Source: Octopus sinensis
Lineage: Eukaryota
Assembly (NCBI RefSeq): GCF_006345805.1
Contig: NW_021837011.1
Location: 1-29,280, forward strand
Direction of reading: 5' to 3'
Length of the DNA: 29,280 nucleotides
Below are positions 1-10,900 of this stretch, one piece after another. A program made the translations under genes and the position numbers. Within the stretch, counting starts at the first letter, position 1; each line of letters begins with the position of its first letter. The notes beneath the pieces were generated by a model. That model searched no databases and was not told the DNA's origin. It worked only from the letters and a program-made list of their open reading frames with translations.

Positions 1-137
1 TTTCCACGAAGGCTCGGAAGTTTTCGCGTAACTCACACTGAACTGAAGAGGTTAAACGAAGTCGAGACACCGGTGTCTGTCAATCCACTGATGTCAGTTT
101 GAGCTAACCGTGTTTTTTTTTCCTACACACAAATCTC

Positions 138-160
<23 letters not shown>
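1..160. repeat. Left arm of a long inverted repeat (truncated by the window start); partner at 1872-2036
   Basis: 1-138 is the reverse complement of 1900-2036 with 6 substitutions and a 1-nt poly-T indel; both arms run inward into (GT)n(TA)n. Confidence 0.95.
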
Positions 161-180
<20 letters not shown>

Positions 181-192
181 TAGATAGATATA

Positions 193-400
193 TTCTTTTA
201 CTTGCTTCAGTCATTTGACTGTGGCCATGCTGGAGCACCGCTTTTAGAAGAACAAATCGATCCCAGAACTTATTCTTTGTAAGCCTAATACTTATTCTAT
301 CGGTCTGTTTTGCCGAACCGCTAGATTACGGGGGCGAAAAGACACCAACATCGGTTGTCAAGCGATGGTGGTGGGTTGGATACAGACACGCACACACACA
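193..400 (-). mobile_element. 3' half of a tRNA/CORE-type SINE (family 1, octopus OR-like)
   Basis: Aligns by eye to 5713-5930 (TCTTTTACTTG..TTCAGTCATTTGACTG.GGCCATGCTGGAGCACCGC...GGTTGTCAAGC). Confidence 0.85.
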
Positions 401-419
401 TGTATATATATATATATAC

Positions 420-1047
420 TACAAAATTAGAGAATGGAGAAACATACTTAAATCAATAAAACATCAACTATCAGATGATACCCAATCAATACTTTAATAC
501 ACCATTACATATCAGTAAAGGCATTATAAAAATATACAGTAAGAGTAAATAGACAAAGAGATATAAGTATAAAATTTCAAATATAATATGTAATTAAATC
601 AAATCTGACAGCTGTTTCGGCAGTGAGGGCAGTCATACCTCATTTAACCTATAAGCCATAAAGGTAGGTATAAATGAGGCATTAACAAGGATGCCCCACG
701 GCCTCTTCAGAGAATTAAATTTGTTATAATTGTGAAAAAGATTATTTAACCATATACATATAAATATAAAAATATAAAAATGTAAAATATAAAAACTTAT
801 ACATAAACTTCATAATGCCACACTTATATAATAAATACTCATTGGTACAATAATGGAAGGTAAACAGAACAAAATAAAACAAAATATATATCAGTGTATA
901 TATTAATATTAATAAGCACCGATATTATACATATTTGGCTAATAGTTTTTAAAAAAACTAACAATAGGGAGATGAAAATAATAATTAAAACATGGTACAG
1001 TTCATAAAATTATAAAGCTATAAAAGTTAATAAAAATTACTATTAAT

Positions 1048-1090
<43 letters not shown>

Positions 1091-1256
1091 TATACAGTTA
1101 TGTTTACACCAAGTCCATCCATTCAAGATTGAAATAACTATGAGTTAAGAAATACTGACCACTAGGTAATGATAATTTAGATTAATTCGATTGGCTATTG
1201 GTTTGAAATTTAAATCACAAAAGAAATTATACGGTTGGTTAGTCAAGGAACGTTTT
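420..1256 (-). mobile_element. Probable Penelope-like element 3'/pLTR remnant inserted into a SINE
   Basis: AT-rich insert carrying a hammerhead motif (601-716) and a (TAA)n tract at 1051-1090, separating two halves of one SINE. No convincing coding remnant; PLE identity is inferred from the HHR. Confidence 0.5.
601..716 (-). ncRNA. Minimal type I hammerhead ribozyme with long stem II insertion
   Basis: Minus strand: TCT-CTGAAGA-GGCCGTGGGGCA...TGCCCTCACTGCC-GAA-ACAGCTGT-C-AGA. Canonical core, 3-bp stem I, palindromic stem III, cleavage C at 607. Confidence 0.85.
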
Positions 1257-1390
1257 ATCCACCCACAAAGCTTTGGTCGGCCTGAGGCAATAGTAGACGA
1301 CACTTGCCTAAGGTGCCACGCTGTAGAACTGAACCCGGAACCATGTGGTTGGGAAGCAAGCTACTTAACACACAGACATTCCTGCGCCCT
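1257..1390 (-). mobile_element. 5' half (tRNA head + CORE-like segment) of a family 1 SINE
   Basis: Minus strand has A-box-like ..TGTGTGTTAAG, B-box-like GGTTCAGTTC and CACCTTAGGCAAGTGTC; matches 5993-6126. Confidence 0.85.
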
Positions 1391-1401
1391 TATATATAAT
1401 A

Positions 1402-1436
<35 letters not shown>

Positions 1437-1439
<3 letters not shown>

Positions 1440-1653
1440 CTTTACTACCTACAAGGGCTAAACGTAGAGGGGACAAACAAGGACAGACAAACGGATTAAG
1501 TCGATTACATCGACCCCAGTGCGAAACTGGTACTTTATTTATCGACTCCGAAAGGACGAAAGGCAAAGTCGACCTAGCGGAATTTGAACTCAGAACGTAA
1601 CGGCAGACGAAATACCGCTAAGCATTTCGCCCGGCGCGCTAACGTCTCTGCCA
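1437..1653 (-). mobile_element. tRNA-derived SINE, family 2
   Basis: Reverse complement of 4146-4377: TGGCAGAGACGTTAGC...GAGTTCAAATTCCGC...GCCTTTCGTCCTTTCGGAGTCGATAAA...; the central motif resembles (from recall) the MetaSINE/Sauria-SINE domain. Confidence 0.9.
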
Positions 1654-1739
1654 TATGTCATAGTTTCTGCAGTTAAGAACTTACCGATTAATATTCACAA
1701 CTTGAAGCTAAGTGACTGATGAAGAGCTAAATAAGAAAT

Positions 1740-1800
1740 CTCGGAATCGAACCACGGTCTACCAACTCAAATCCAAGACGCTTGTAACTACCATCCACGT
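1740..1800 (-). mobile_element. Decayed tRNA-like SINE head
   Basis: Minus strand contains the B box GGTTCGATTCC preceded by a degenerate tRNA-like body. Confidence 0.45.
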
Positions 1801-1809
1801 TCATTTGGT

Positions 1810-1849
1810 CATTTCGCCTCTAGGTTATATATAACCTAGAGGCGAAATG
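1810..1849. repeat. Perfect 40-bp palindrome
   Basis: CATTTCGCCTCTAGGTTATA|TATAACCTAGAGGCGAAATG is its own reverse complement. Confidence 0.97.
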
Positions 1850-1871
1850 GCGACCTTGGGCAAGTGTCGTC

Positions 1872-2036
1872 TATATATATATACACACACACACACACAC
1901 GAGATTTGTGTGTAGGAAAAAAAACATGGTTAGCTCAAACTGACGTCAGTGGATTGACAGACACCGGTGTCTCGACTTGGTTTAACCTCTTCAGTTCAGT
2001 GTGAGTTACGCGAAAACCTTCGATCCTTCGTGGAAA
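1872..2036. repeat. Right arm of the long inverted repeat
   Basis: Reverse complement reads TTTCCACGAAGGATCGAAGGTTTTCGCGTAACTCACACTGAACTGAAGAGG..., matching position 1 onward. Confidence 0.95.
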
Positions 2037-2451
2037 TCAACAAATATAACCTTCGCCGATTTGTGCGAAGTTCAAGTCAAATCAATATACACAGTGGAAA
2101 CGCCATTAGATTGAAACATAGATATACATGACATATCGTGGTGGTGGCATGAATGCCACAACATCAAACCTCTTCCTTCTCTCCACTTCCAGTTTTATTG
2201 GAATTGAAAATCCACATTCGTCGAGTAAGTTTTAAATTATACGAACAAAGCAGAATGAGATTCCGATCGGTTGGAAACCACAGCCAAATCTCCCTCAAGT
2301 CTTTAAAAATACAAAACAGAAACCAAAAAGGCAGTGTACAATGCAGAATGGAATCTTGGAGAGAATTATGTCATGATGGTCGTGTTTGGAATGTATTTTA
2401 TTATATGACTGAGTGGTTAAGGCTGACGTGAGTCTAAAGAAAGAAAATCAA

Positions 2452-3100
2452 CATCACCATCACAACAATCACCACTACAACACCCGCACCCACCACAGCC
2501 AACAACACCAAGAACAACATTGCCACTACTACCACTACTGCCACCAACACCAGCACACCAACCACCACCATCACCACCACCATCACCATCATCACCACCA
2601 TCACCATCATCACCACCCATCACCACCATTACCCCCATCACCACCACCACCATCACCACAATCACCACCACCACCACCATCACCATCATCACCACCATCA
2701 CCATATCACCACATCACCACATCACCACCATCACACCATCACCACCATCACCACCATTACCCATCACCACCACACCATCACCCACTATCACCACCCCCCG
2801 CCACCATCGCCACCATCACAAACCACCCATCGCCACCACCACACCATCACCACCATTACTCCCATCACCACCACCACCATCACCCCATCGCACCACCATC
2901 AAAACACCACAATCACCACCACCACCACCACCACCACCACCACCACCACCAACCACACCATCACCACCACCACCACCACCATCACCGCCACCACCATCAT
3001 CACCACCACCACCAACACCACCAACATCACCACCACCATCACCACCACCACCACCACCACCACCATCAACAACACCAGCATCATGACCACCACCGACAAT
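2452..3100. repeat. Degenerate (CAC/CAT/CAA)n trinucleotide array
   Basis: About 650 bp of CAY/CAA triplets; the source of the poly-His/Pro/Val/Gly ORFs in all frames. Confidence 0.95.
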
Positions 3101-3223
3101 AACAACGAGACAACATGGCGCGAATCCTAACATTAATTAACATGGGATGGCCTCAGATGGAACGCCTTCGATTATAGTTCAGCTCAATCAATGACAACCT
3201 GGCAACAAGTGTAACAACGACTA

Positions 3224-3258
3224 CAGCAGCAGCAGCAGCAGCAGCAGCGGCGGCAGCA
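3224..3258. repeat. (CAG)n/(CGG)n tract
   Basis: CAG run interrupted by CGG. Confidence 0.9.
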
Positions 3259-3489
3259 ACCAATGCGGCGGCGACAGTAAGATTTATAGAGATGGCTATC
3301 CTTCATGGTGAATCCCGGCTAATAGCAGAAAGTTAATAAATGCGCTATCGACACGACATATGTTTCGGTTTAGCTATGGCAGTCAATATCTCTCGCATCT
3401 AAGCCGTCACAAACCATTTAATTTCACGCTGTTTCGGACTCACAACACATTTTCCGACAAAATTATTTTCATATATTTTTTATGATACG

Positions 3490-3736
3490 TACATGCACAC
3501 ATATACACGAATACATACATACTCACATACACAAGTCTATATACATACATGCACACACATACACACACACACGTACACACAGACAGATACATACACACAC
3601 ACAAACATATATATATAACCATATTTATTTTTTTCGTCTATGTAATTTATTTACAATAAAATGTTCGTGCAAGAAAAATCTGTTAGCAAGAAAATATTTT
3701 GTAGATGGTTTGTATATATATATATATAATATATAT

Positions 3737-3779
<43 letters not shown>

Positions 3780-4036
3780 GTTTGGATCCGTGTGTATACA
3801 TGTATGTGTGTGTATATATCATATACATATATACATATATATTTATTATATGTGTGTATATGTACACAAAGTAGTAGGTGCGTGCATGCGTGTGTGTGCG
3901 CGTATGTATTTGTGTGTATATGTGTGTATGTGTGTGTATGTGTGTATGTATGTGTGTGTGTGTATGTGTGTGAGTGAGTGTGTATGTGTGTGAGTGAATG
4001 TGTGTGTGTGTGTATGTGTGTGTGTGTGTGTGTATG
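3490..4036. repeat. Compound (CA)/(TA)/(TG) microsatellites
   Basis: Directly visible; short unique spacer at about 3625-3715. Confidence 0.9.
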
Positions 4037-4145
4037 AAAGGACGGAAGAAAGAGTTATCCATATACCATAATGAAGAATTTCTGTATTCTATAAAAACCG
4101 ATATATTGTGTCAAGCCAAAAATTTTGCAAAATTTTGGTAACTTA

Positions 4146-4377
4146 AAGGCGGCGAGCTGGCAGAAACGTTAGCACGCTGGGCGAAATACTTAGCGGTATT
4201 TCGTCTGCGTTACGTTGTGAGTTCAAATTCTGCCGAGGTCGACTTTGCCTTTCATCCTTTCGGGGTCGATAAATTAAGTACCAGTTACGCACTGGGGTCG
4301 ATGTAATCGACTTAATACCTATGTCTGTCCTTGTTTGTCCCCTCTGTGTTTAGCCCCTTGTGGGTAATAAAGAAATA
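4146..4377 (+). mobile_element. Full-length family 2 tRNA-SINE
   Basis: GGCGGCGAGCTGGCAGAAACGTTAGC (A-box-like), GAGTTCAAATTC (B box), GCCTTTCATCCTTTCGGGGTCGATAAATTAAGTACCAG, tail TGTTTGTCCCCTCTGTGTTTAGCCCCTTGTGGG. Confidence 0.92.
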
Positions 4378-4549
4378 GGTATTTCGTTTGCCGCTACGTT
4401 CTGAGTTCGAATTCCGCCGATATTAACTTTGCCTTTCATCCTTTCGGGGTCGATTTAAATAAGTTCCAGTTACGCACTGGGGTCGATATAATCGACTTAA
4501 TCCGTTTGTCTGTCCTTGTTTGTCCCCTCTATGTTTAGCCCCTTGTAGG
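4378..4549 (+). mobile_element. 5'-truncated family 2 SINE in direct tandem with the previous copy
   Basis: Begins at GGTATTTCG (internal position of the family) immediately after the first copy's tail. Confidence 0.88.
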
Positions 4550-4628
4550 GCTATGTCGATATGAATTATACTCTCCCCGTCCTCACACATTCGACATTAA
4601 ATGTAGTGCATTTATAAATATCTTTTAT

Positions 4629-4975
4629 CTTTTACTTATTTCGGTCATTGAACTTCGGCCATTTTGGAGCGCCGCCTTGAAGGTTTTAGCCCAGTAAATC
4701 GACCTCAGTACTTTATTGTTTTAAAGCCTAACACTTATTCTATCGTCTCTTCTGCCGAACCGCTAAGTTACAGGGACGTAATCAAACTAACACCGGTTGT
4801 CAAGTGGCGGTGAGGGACAAACCCACGCATAGACACAGATACACTGACACACATATACGTTGGGCTTCTTCCAGTTTCCGAGAACCAAAATTCACTCACA
4901 AAGCTTCGCTGGATTCGGGGCTACAGTAGAAGACGCTTGTCCAGGGTGCCACGCATTGAGATCGAACTCCGACCT
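4629..4975 (-). mobile_element. Diverged family 1 SINE
   Basis: Colinear with 5713-6080, with many substitutions. Confidence 0.8.
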
Positions 4976-5004
4976 CGGTAGTTAAATTTTTTTAGAGTCT
5001 CGTA

Positions 5005-5165
5005 TATATTCTATCGTTCTTTTTTGCCGAACCGTTAAGTTACGGGAACGTTAAACAAACAAACACCAGTTGTCAAACGGTGGTGGGCATTTGAACTCAG
5101 AACGTAAATAGTCGGAAGAAATGCCGCTAAACATTTAATTCGGCATGCTAGCGATTCTACGAGCT
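5005..5165 (-). mobile_element. Fused fragments of family 1 (about 5005-5087) and family 2 (about 5088-5165) SINEs
   Basis: GCCGAACCGTTAAGTTACGGG...GTTGTCAAACGGTGGTGGG followed by ATTTGAACTCAGAACGTA...GAAATGCCGCTAA. Confidence 0.7.
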
Positions 5166-5712
5166 AACGGCTCTTATTTTTATTAGTGCATTTGTAAAGA
5201 ACAATTTGTGACAGAGGTTGAAGAAAGGAACCGCCCCAGGCTGGTAATCGCGTGCACATCCATTAATAAAACATCTGATGATGACGAACGGAAGTTGAAC
5301 TGACGGAAACGTAGCAGAGATGTAAAGATGAAAAAAATATGTTTTGTTTCATCTGTAAGATGAAGTTGCCTGAATAATGATTAATGTTTTATGAAATCAG
5401 TGATTGACATTCAGAGCATTTGTTCTTCTTTTAATTTACTTTGGCGCGCGGACTAACGACCTGTAGAAGCCATTTTTTAAAATTTCAAGTTGGCCAAAAA
5501 GTCCGTTCGTTTTTTTTTTTGTTTAAGCGAAAAATAAGACAGAAATTTTTAAACATGAAGCGATTTATTCAATCAATGATATAATTACAGTTCCATTCCA
5601 GGATCTTCTGCCGTCTTTTTGGGTCAGATCCTTATTTCCTGATCAAAAGAATTTCCTGTCTTTACAGGCGAAAAACTCCGGCTGAATTTTTACATCCTTT
5701 TCAGAGATGGTC

Positions 5713-6126
5713 TCTTTTACTCTTTTACATGTTTCAGTCATTTGACTGCGGCCATGCTGGAGCACCGCCTTTAGTCGAGCAACTCGACCCCGGGACTCAT
5801 TCTTTGTAAGCCCAGTACTTATTCTATCGGTCTCTTTTGCCGAACAGCTAAGTGACGGGGACGTAAACACACCAGCATCGGTTGTCAAGCAATGCTAGGG
5901 GTACAAACACAGAACACAAACACATGCACATACATACATATACATATATATATACATATATACGACGGGCTTCTTTCAGTTTCCGTCTTCCAAATCCACT
6001 CACAAGGCATTGGTCGGCCTGGGGCTATAGCAGAAGACATTTGCCCAAGATGCCACGCAGTGGGACTGAACCCGGAACCATGTGGTTGGTTAGCAAGCTA
6101 CTTACCACACAGCCACTCCTGCGCCT
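5713..6126 (-). mobile_element. Near full-length family 1 tRNA/CORE SINE (OR2-like by recall)
   Basis: Minus strand starts AGGCGCAGGAGTGGCTGTGTGGTAAG (A box), GGTTCAGTCCC (B box), CATCTTGGGCAAATGTC (MIR-CORE-like), has an internal (TA/CA) tract and ends TGACTGAAACATGTAAAAGA. Confidence 0.92.
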
Positions 6127-6274
6127 GTCCATTCAATGAATTTTAAACAGACCGAAACAGGTGGAAATCTGAAATCGCAAGTTCGGGCGAATATGGAGGG
6201 TGCAGCAAAACTTCTCAATAAAACTGTTATAACTTCTGCTGCGTTTGCCAAGAAGTGTTTGGTCTGGTGAGGAA

Positions 6275-6655
6275 GCACTCCGTCGGTTACGACGATGAGG
6301 GTTCCGGTTGATCCGAATCAACGGAACAGCCTGCTCGTGAAATTAACGTGTAAGTGGCTGAGCACTCCACAGACACGTGTACCCTTAACGTAGTTCTCGA
6401 GGAGATTCAGCGTGACATAGAGTGTGACAAGGCTGGCCCTTTGAAATACAGGTACAACAGAAACAGGAAGTAAGAGCGAGAGAAAGTTGTGGTGAAAGAG
6501 TACAGCAGGGATCACCACCATCCCCTGCCGGAGCCTCGTGGAGCTTTAGGTGTTTTCGCTCAATAAACACTCACAACGCCCGGTCTGGGAATCGAAACCG
6601 CGATCCTATGACCGCGAGTCCACTGCCCTAACCACTGGGCCATTGCGCCTCCGTT
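6275..6655 (-). mobile_element. Full-length tRNA-derived SINE, family 3 (OK-like by recall)
   Basis: Minus strand: GGAGGCGCAATGGCCCAGTGGTTAGGGCAGTGGACTCGCGGTC...GGTTTCGATTCCC (A and B boxes); its 3' body is shared with 7560-7680. Confidence 0.85.
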
Positions 6656-6821
6656 TGGACTTGTATTGTCGCGATAAAAGACAATGCACTTATGATGAGC
6701 AAGTGTTGGACGCTTCCGGTGGATCGCTGCGTTTAATTTGTCCAACGGATCACAGTGCGCATCCGGATTTTTGGTCCTATTCGTGGAAAGACAATACTCT
6801 TATAATTTTAACCAAGTTTAA

Positions 6822-6882
6822 ATCGAACCCAAGATCGCTAGATCGTGAACGCAACACCCTAACCACTGGACCACGCGCCTTC
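6822..6882 (-). mobile_element. tRNA-derived SINE head fragment
   Basis: Minus strand GGCGCGTGGTCCAGTGGTTAGGGTGTTGCG...GGGTTCGATT. Confidence 0.7.
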
Positions 6883-6949
6883 CAAAGTGAAAGTAGGGCT
6901 TAGAACCATCGTTCGGTAATTTTCAGCCGTGGTTTCTGCCAGACACCAG

Positions 6950-7110
6950 CATTAAATTGACTTAAATCGACCCCAGTACTTGGTTGGTATTTTATTTTAT
7001 CGACCCCACGGAGGGAAAATGTAAAGTCAACATCGGCGTGATTTGATCCCTGATCGCAAGGTGCCGCAATTAAACACAGCACACATAACGGATTGACGAT
7101 CGAAGAGTTT
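6950..7110 (-). mobile_element. Diverged family 2-related SINE fragment
   Basis: ATCGACCCCAGTACTTGG..TGGTA..TTTATCGACCCC..GAAAATGTAAAGTCAACATCGGC matches the family 2 core in reverse. Confidence 0.65.
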
Positions 7111-7365
7111 TGTCAATACACCGATTATAAAAATTCTGCGGGAAAATACTAATATAATTCCATTAAAACTGATTGAATTTTCCGCTTCTCTCTCTTAATA
7201 TAAATTTATAGGTATATGGAAATGTATGTAAATTTATGTAAATGTATGTAAATATATGCAAATATTATGTATGATTATGCACATTATCTTGGTTTGTATG
7301 TTAATCTGTCTAATATGTTTTATTTCTCTCTTCCATATTTAAAAGCTATTTAATGCAAACTGCAT

Positions 7366-7680
7366 AGGTGCAACGTGGCCGAATGATTAAGCGGTTTGCT
7401 TTGTAACCACGAGGTTTTGGGTTCAATACCGCTACATGCTCGCTGGAGAAAATGTTATGTTTTTATAGCATCGGATCAACCCATAGCTCGTCAGCAAAAT
7501 TGGGCAGATGGAAATCGTGCAGAAGCCCGTCGGGTCGCACCATTAAATCAATCGGAACCGCCTTGTCATATACACTGTGTTGCGCTGATTATGCGTGACA
7601 ATTAAGTTAAGGATACACGGGTTTGCGGAATACTCAACCAAGAACAACTTAATTCAGGAGCAAGTAATCCAGTTGGATAA
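7366..7680 (+). mobile_element. Old chimeric SINE: family 1 head/CORE plus family 3-type 3' body (OR1-like by recall)
   Basis: 7366-7555 resembles the family 1 5' half (GTGGCCGAATGATTAAG, GGGTTCAATACC, AGAAGCCCGTCG); 7560-7680 resembles the reverse complement of 6310-6440. Confidence 0.6.
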
Positions 7681-7772
7681 ATGAGTGAAACCTCATCGAT
7701 TTTTCGATCCACTAAATTTTGATAACAATAACCAGATGACAATAACATTGTCAATGAATACAGTAAGTAGCT

Positions 7773-8015
7773 TTATACATATATATATATACATATATAC
7801 ATATATACGTATTATATATATATTATATATAATATATATATATACATATATATACACACATATATCTAATACATATATATATACATATATATATACATAT
7901 ATATATACATATATTATACATATGTATATAGGTATGTATATATATATACTATCTATGTATATTATTACATGTATGTATGTATATATCTATATCTATATAT
8001 ATAATATATCTATAT

Positions 8016-8058
<43 letters not shown>

Positions 8059-8630
8059 ATACATATATATATACCACTGAGAACCGGAAAACCTGGAGTA
8101 GTGTTGTTGAAATTTGCTTTCCAGCCTGCCTGCCTAGCTGGCTAGCTAGAAATCTACCCACCTACCTACCTACCTACCTACCTACCCCCCCCCCTACCTA
8201 CCCACCTACCTACTACCTACCTACCTACCTACCTACCTACCTACCTACCTACCAACCTACATATATTCATACATACATATGAGCACGCCTACATACACAA
8301 AAGCATGCATAGGTATATATATACATACACGGATGCACATACGTAAATACATGCACATATATTACATATACATACATACATACATACATACATACATACT
8401 ACATACATACCTCCATACATACATACATACATACATACATACATACATACATACATCATACACATACATACATCATACATATACATACCTACATACATAC
8501 ATACCTACATACTACATACATACATACATACATACATCATACAAATATACATACATACAATATCATACATACATACATCATACATACAACATACATACAT
8601 ACATACATACATACGTATATACACTCACAC
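7773..8630. repeat. Microsatellite block: (TA)n, (CCTA)n, (TACA)n
   Basis: (TA)-like 7773-8073; (CCTA)n about 8157-8258; (TACA)n about 8340-8630. Confidence 0.92.
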
Positions 8631-8834
8631 ATCAAGATATTAATGTTTGTTTTCATGTAAAATTATATATACAAATAGTTGAACGCTAAACTGAAGGAGC
8701 ATTCAATACTTTTTTCAAGAGTACAATATTTATTAATTTCTTTTACAAAGAGAAAGAGACTTCCATATATCTATACGTATGCATGAATGCGTTTCAGTTC
8801 TGTAATTTATCGCTTCTGGTAAATCAGCAGAGAT

Positions 8835-8951
8835 GTATATACATACATACACGCATACATACATGCATGCATGCTTGCGTGCGTACATACATACATGGAT
8901 ATATGTATATATGTAAATATAACATATACATTGTATCTATGTCTGTATGTA

Positions 8952-9031
<80 letters not shown>

Positions 9032-9070
9032 CACACACACATGCACTCATATATATATATATATATATAT
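8835..9070. repeat. (TACA)/(TA)n/(CA)n microsatellite
   Basis: Directly visible. Confidence 0.92.
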
Positions 9071-9569
9071 ACGGAGATATAGAGAAAGACAAAGACAAAG
9101 AGAGGAAGACGAAATACAGACGTAGAGAAGAGAACGGCGTCAGAAACCAAAATTAATATATAAAAATAAAAATAAAATAAATACACGATAGAAAAGAATA
9201 AAGTGTGGGAGAAAAACTACAAAAATTCAATATGTATTTCTTGAAATTAAATATACTCCAATACGGTGACTAAAAAGCTTCGGGCGATATTGAAACCTCT
9301 CTGTCTCAATTTGAGTGGTATAGTCAGTATAGTCCCTTGCGTTTTTTAGTCTGTTTTTATTGCATTTTTATTGCGTTTTACACAGACTTAGCTTCCTTCT
9401 TATTTATTTTCTCACCAATATTATTTTCTGTAAGGCACGATTTTTTTCAATATGTCCCACTTAATGAATCAGAAATCAATAGACTAACGTTTTAGGAAAA
9501 GAAAGGAATTTTTTTGTAGCAGCGAATGTCTGTGTGTCTGCATTCTGTCCGTCCGCATGTCTGTCTTTC

Positions 9570-10900
<1,331 letters not shown>

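Noticed and set aside
1080-1256. Penelope C-terminal coding remnant on the minus strand
   Set aside because: Only a vague LN..ELI resemblance across stops; not supportable without a profile search.
1716-1750. CTGATGA-A-GAG...CTC-GGAA hammerhead-like string
   Set aside because: GAA box and stem III are wrong, and the 3' part is the B box of an antisense tRNA-like head.
2413-3133. Long His/Pro/Val/Gly-rich ORFs resembling extensin or His-rich proteins
   Set aside because: They arise in all frames from the CAY triplet array, with no domain or splice context.
5275-5313. CTGATGA...GAAACGTA with an ACGT palindrome
   Set aside because: No convincing stem II closing pair or stem I; could be a very old remnant but is unsupported.
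6590-6655. Functional tRNA gene
   Set aside because: A and B boxes are present but continue into a SINE body with no acceptor stem or terminator; the other tRNA-like heads were treated the same way.
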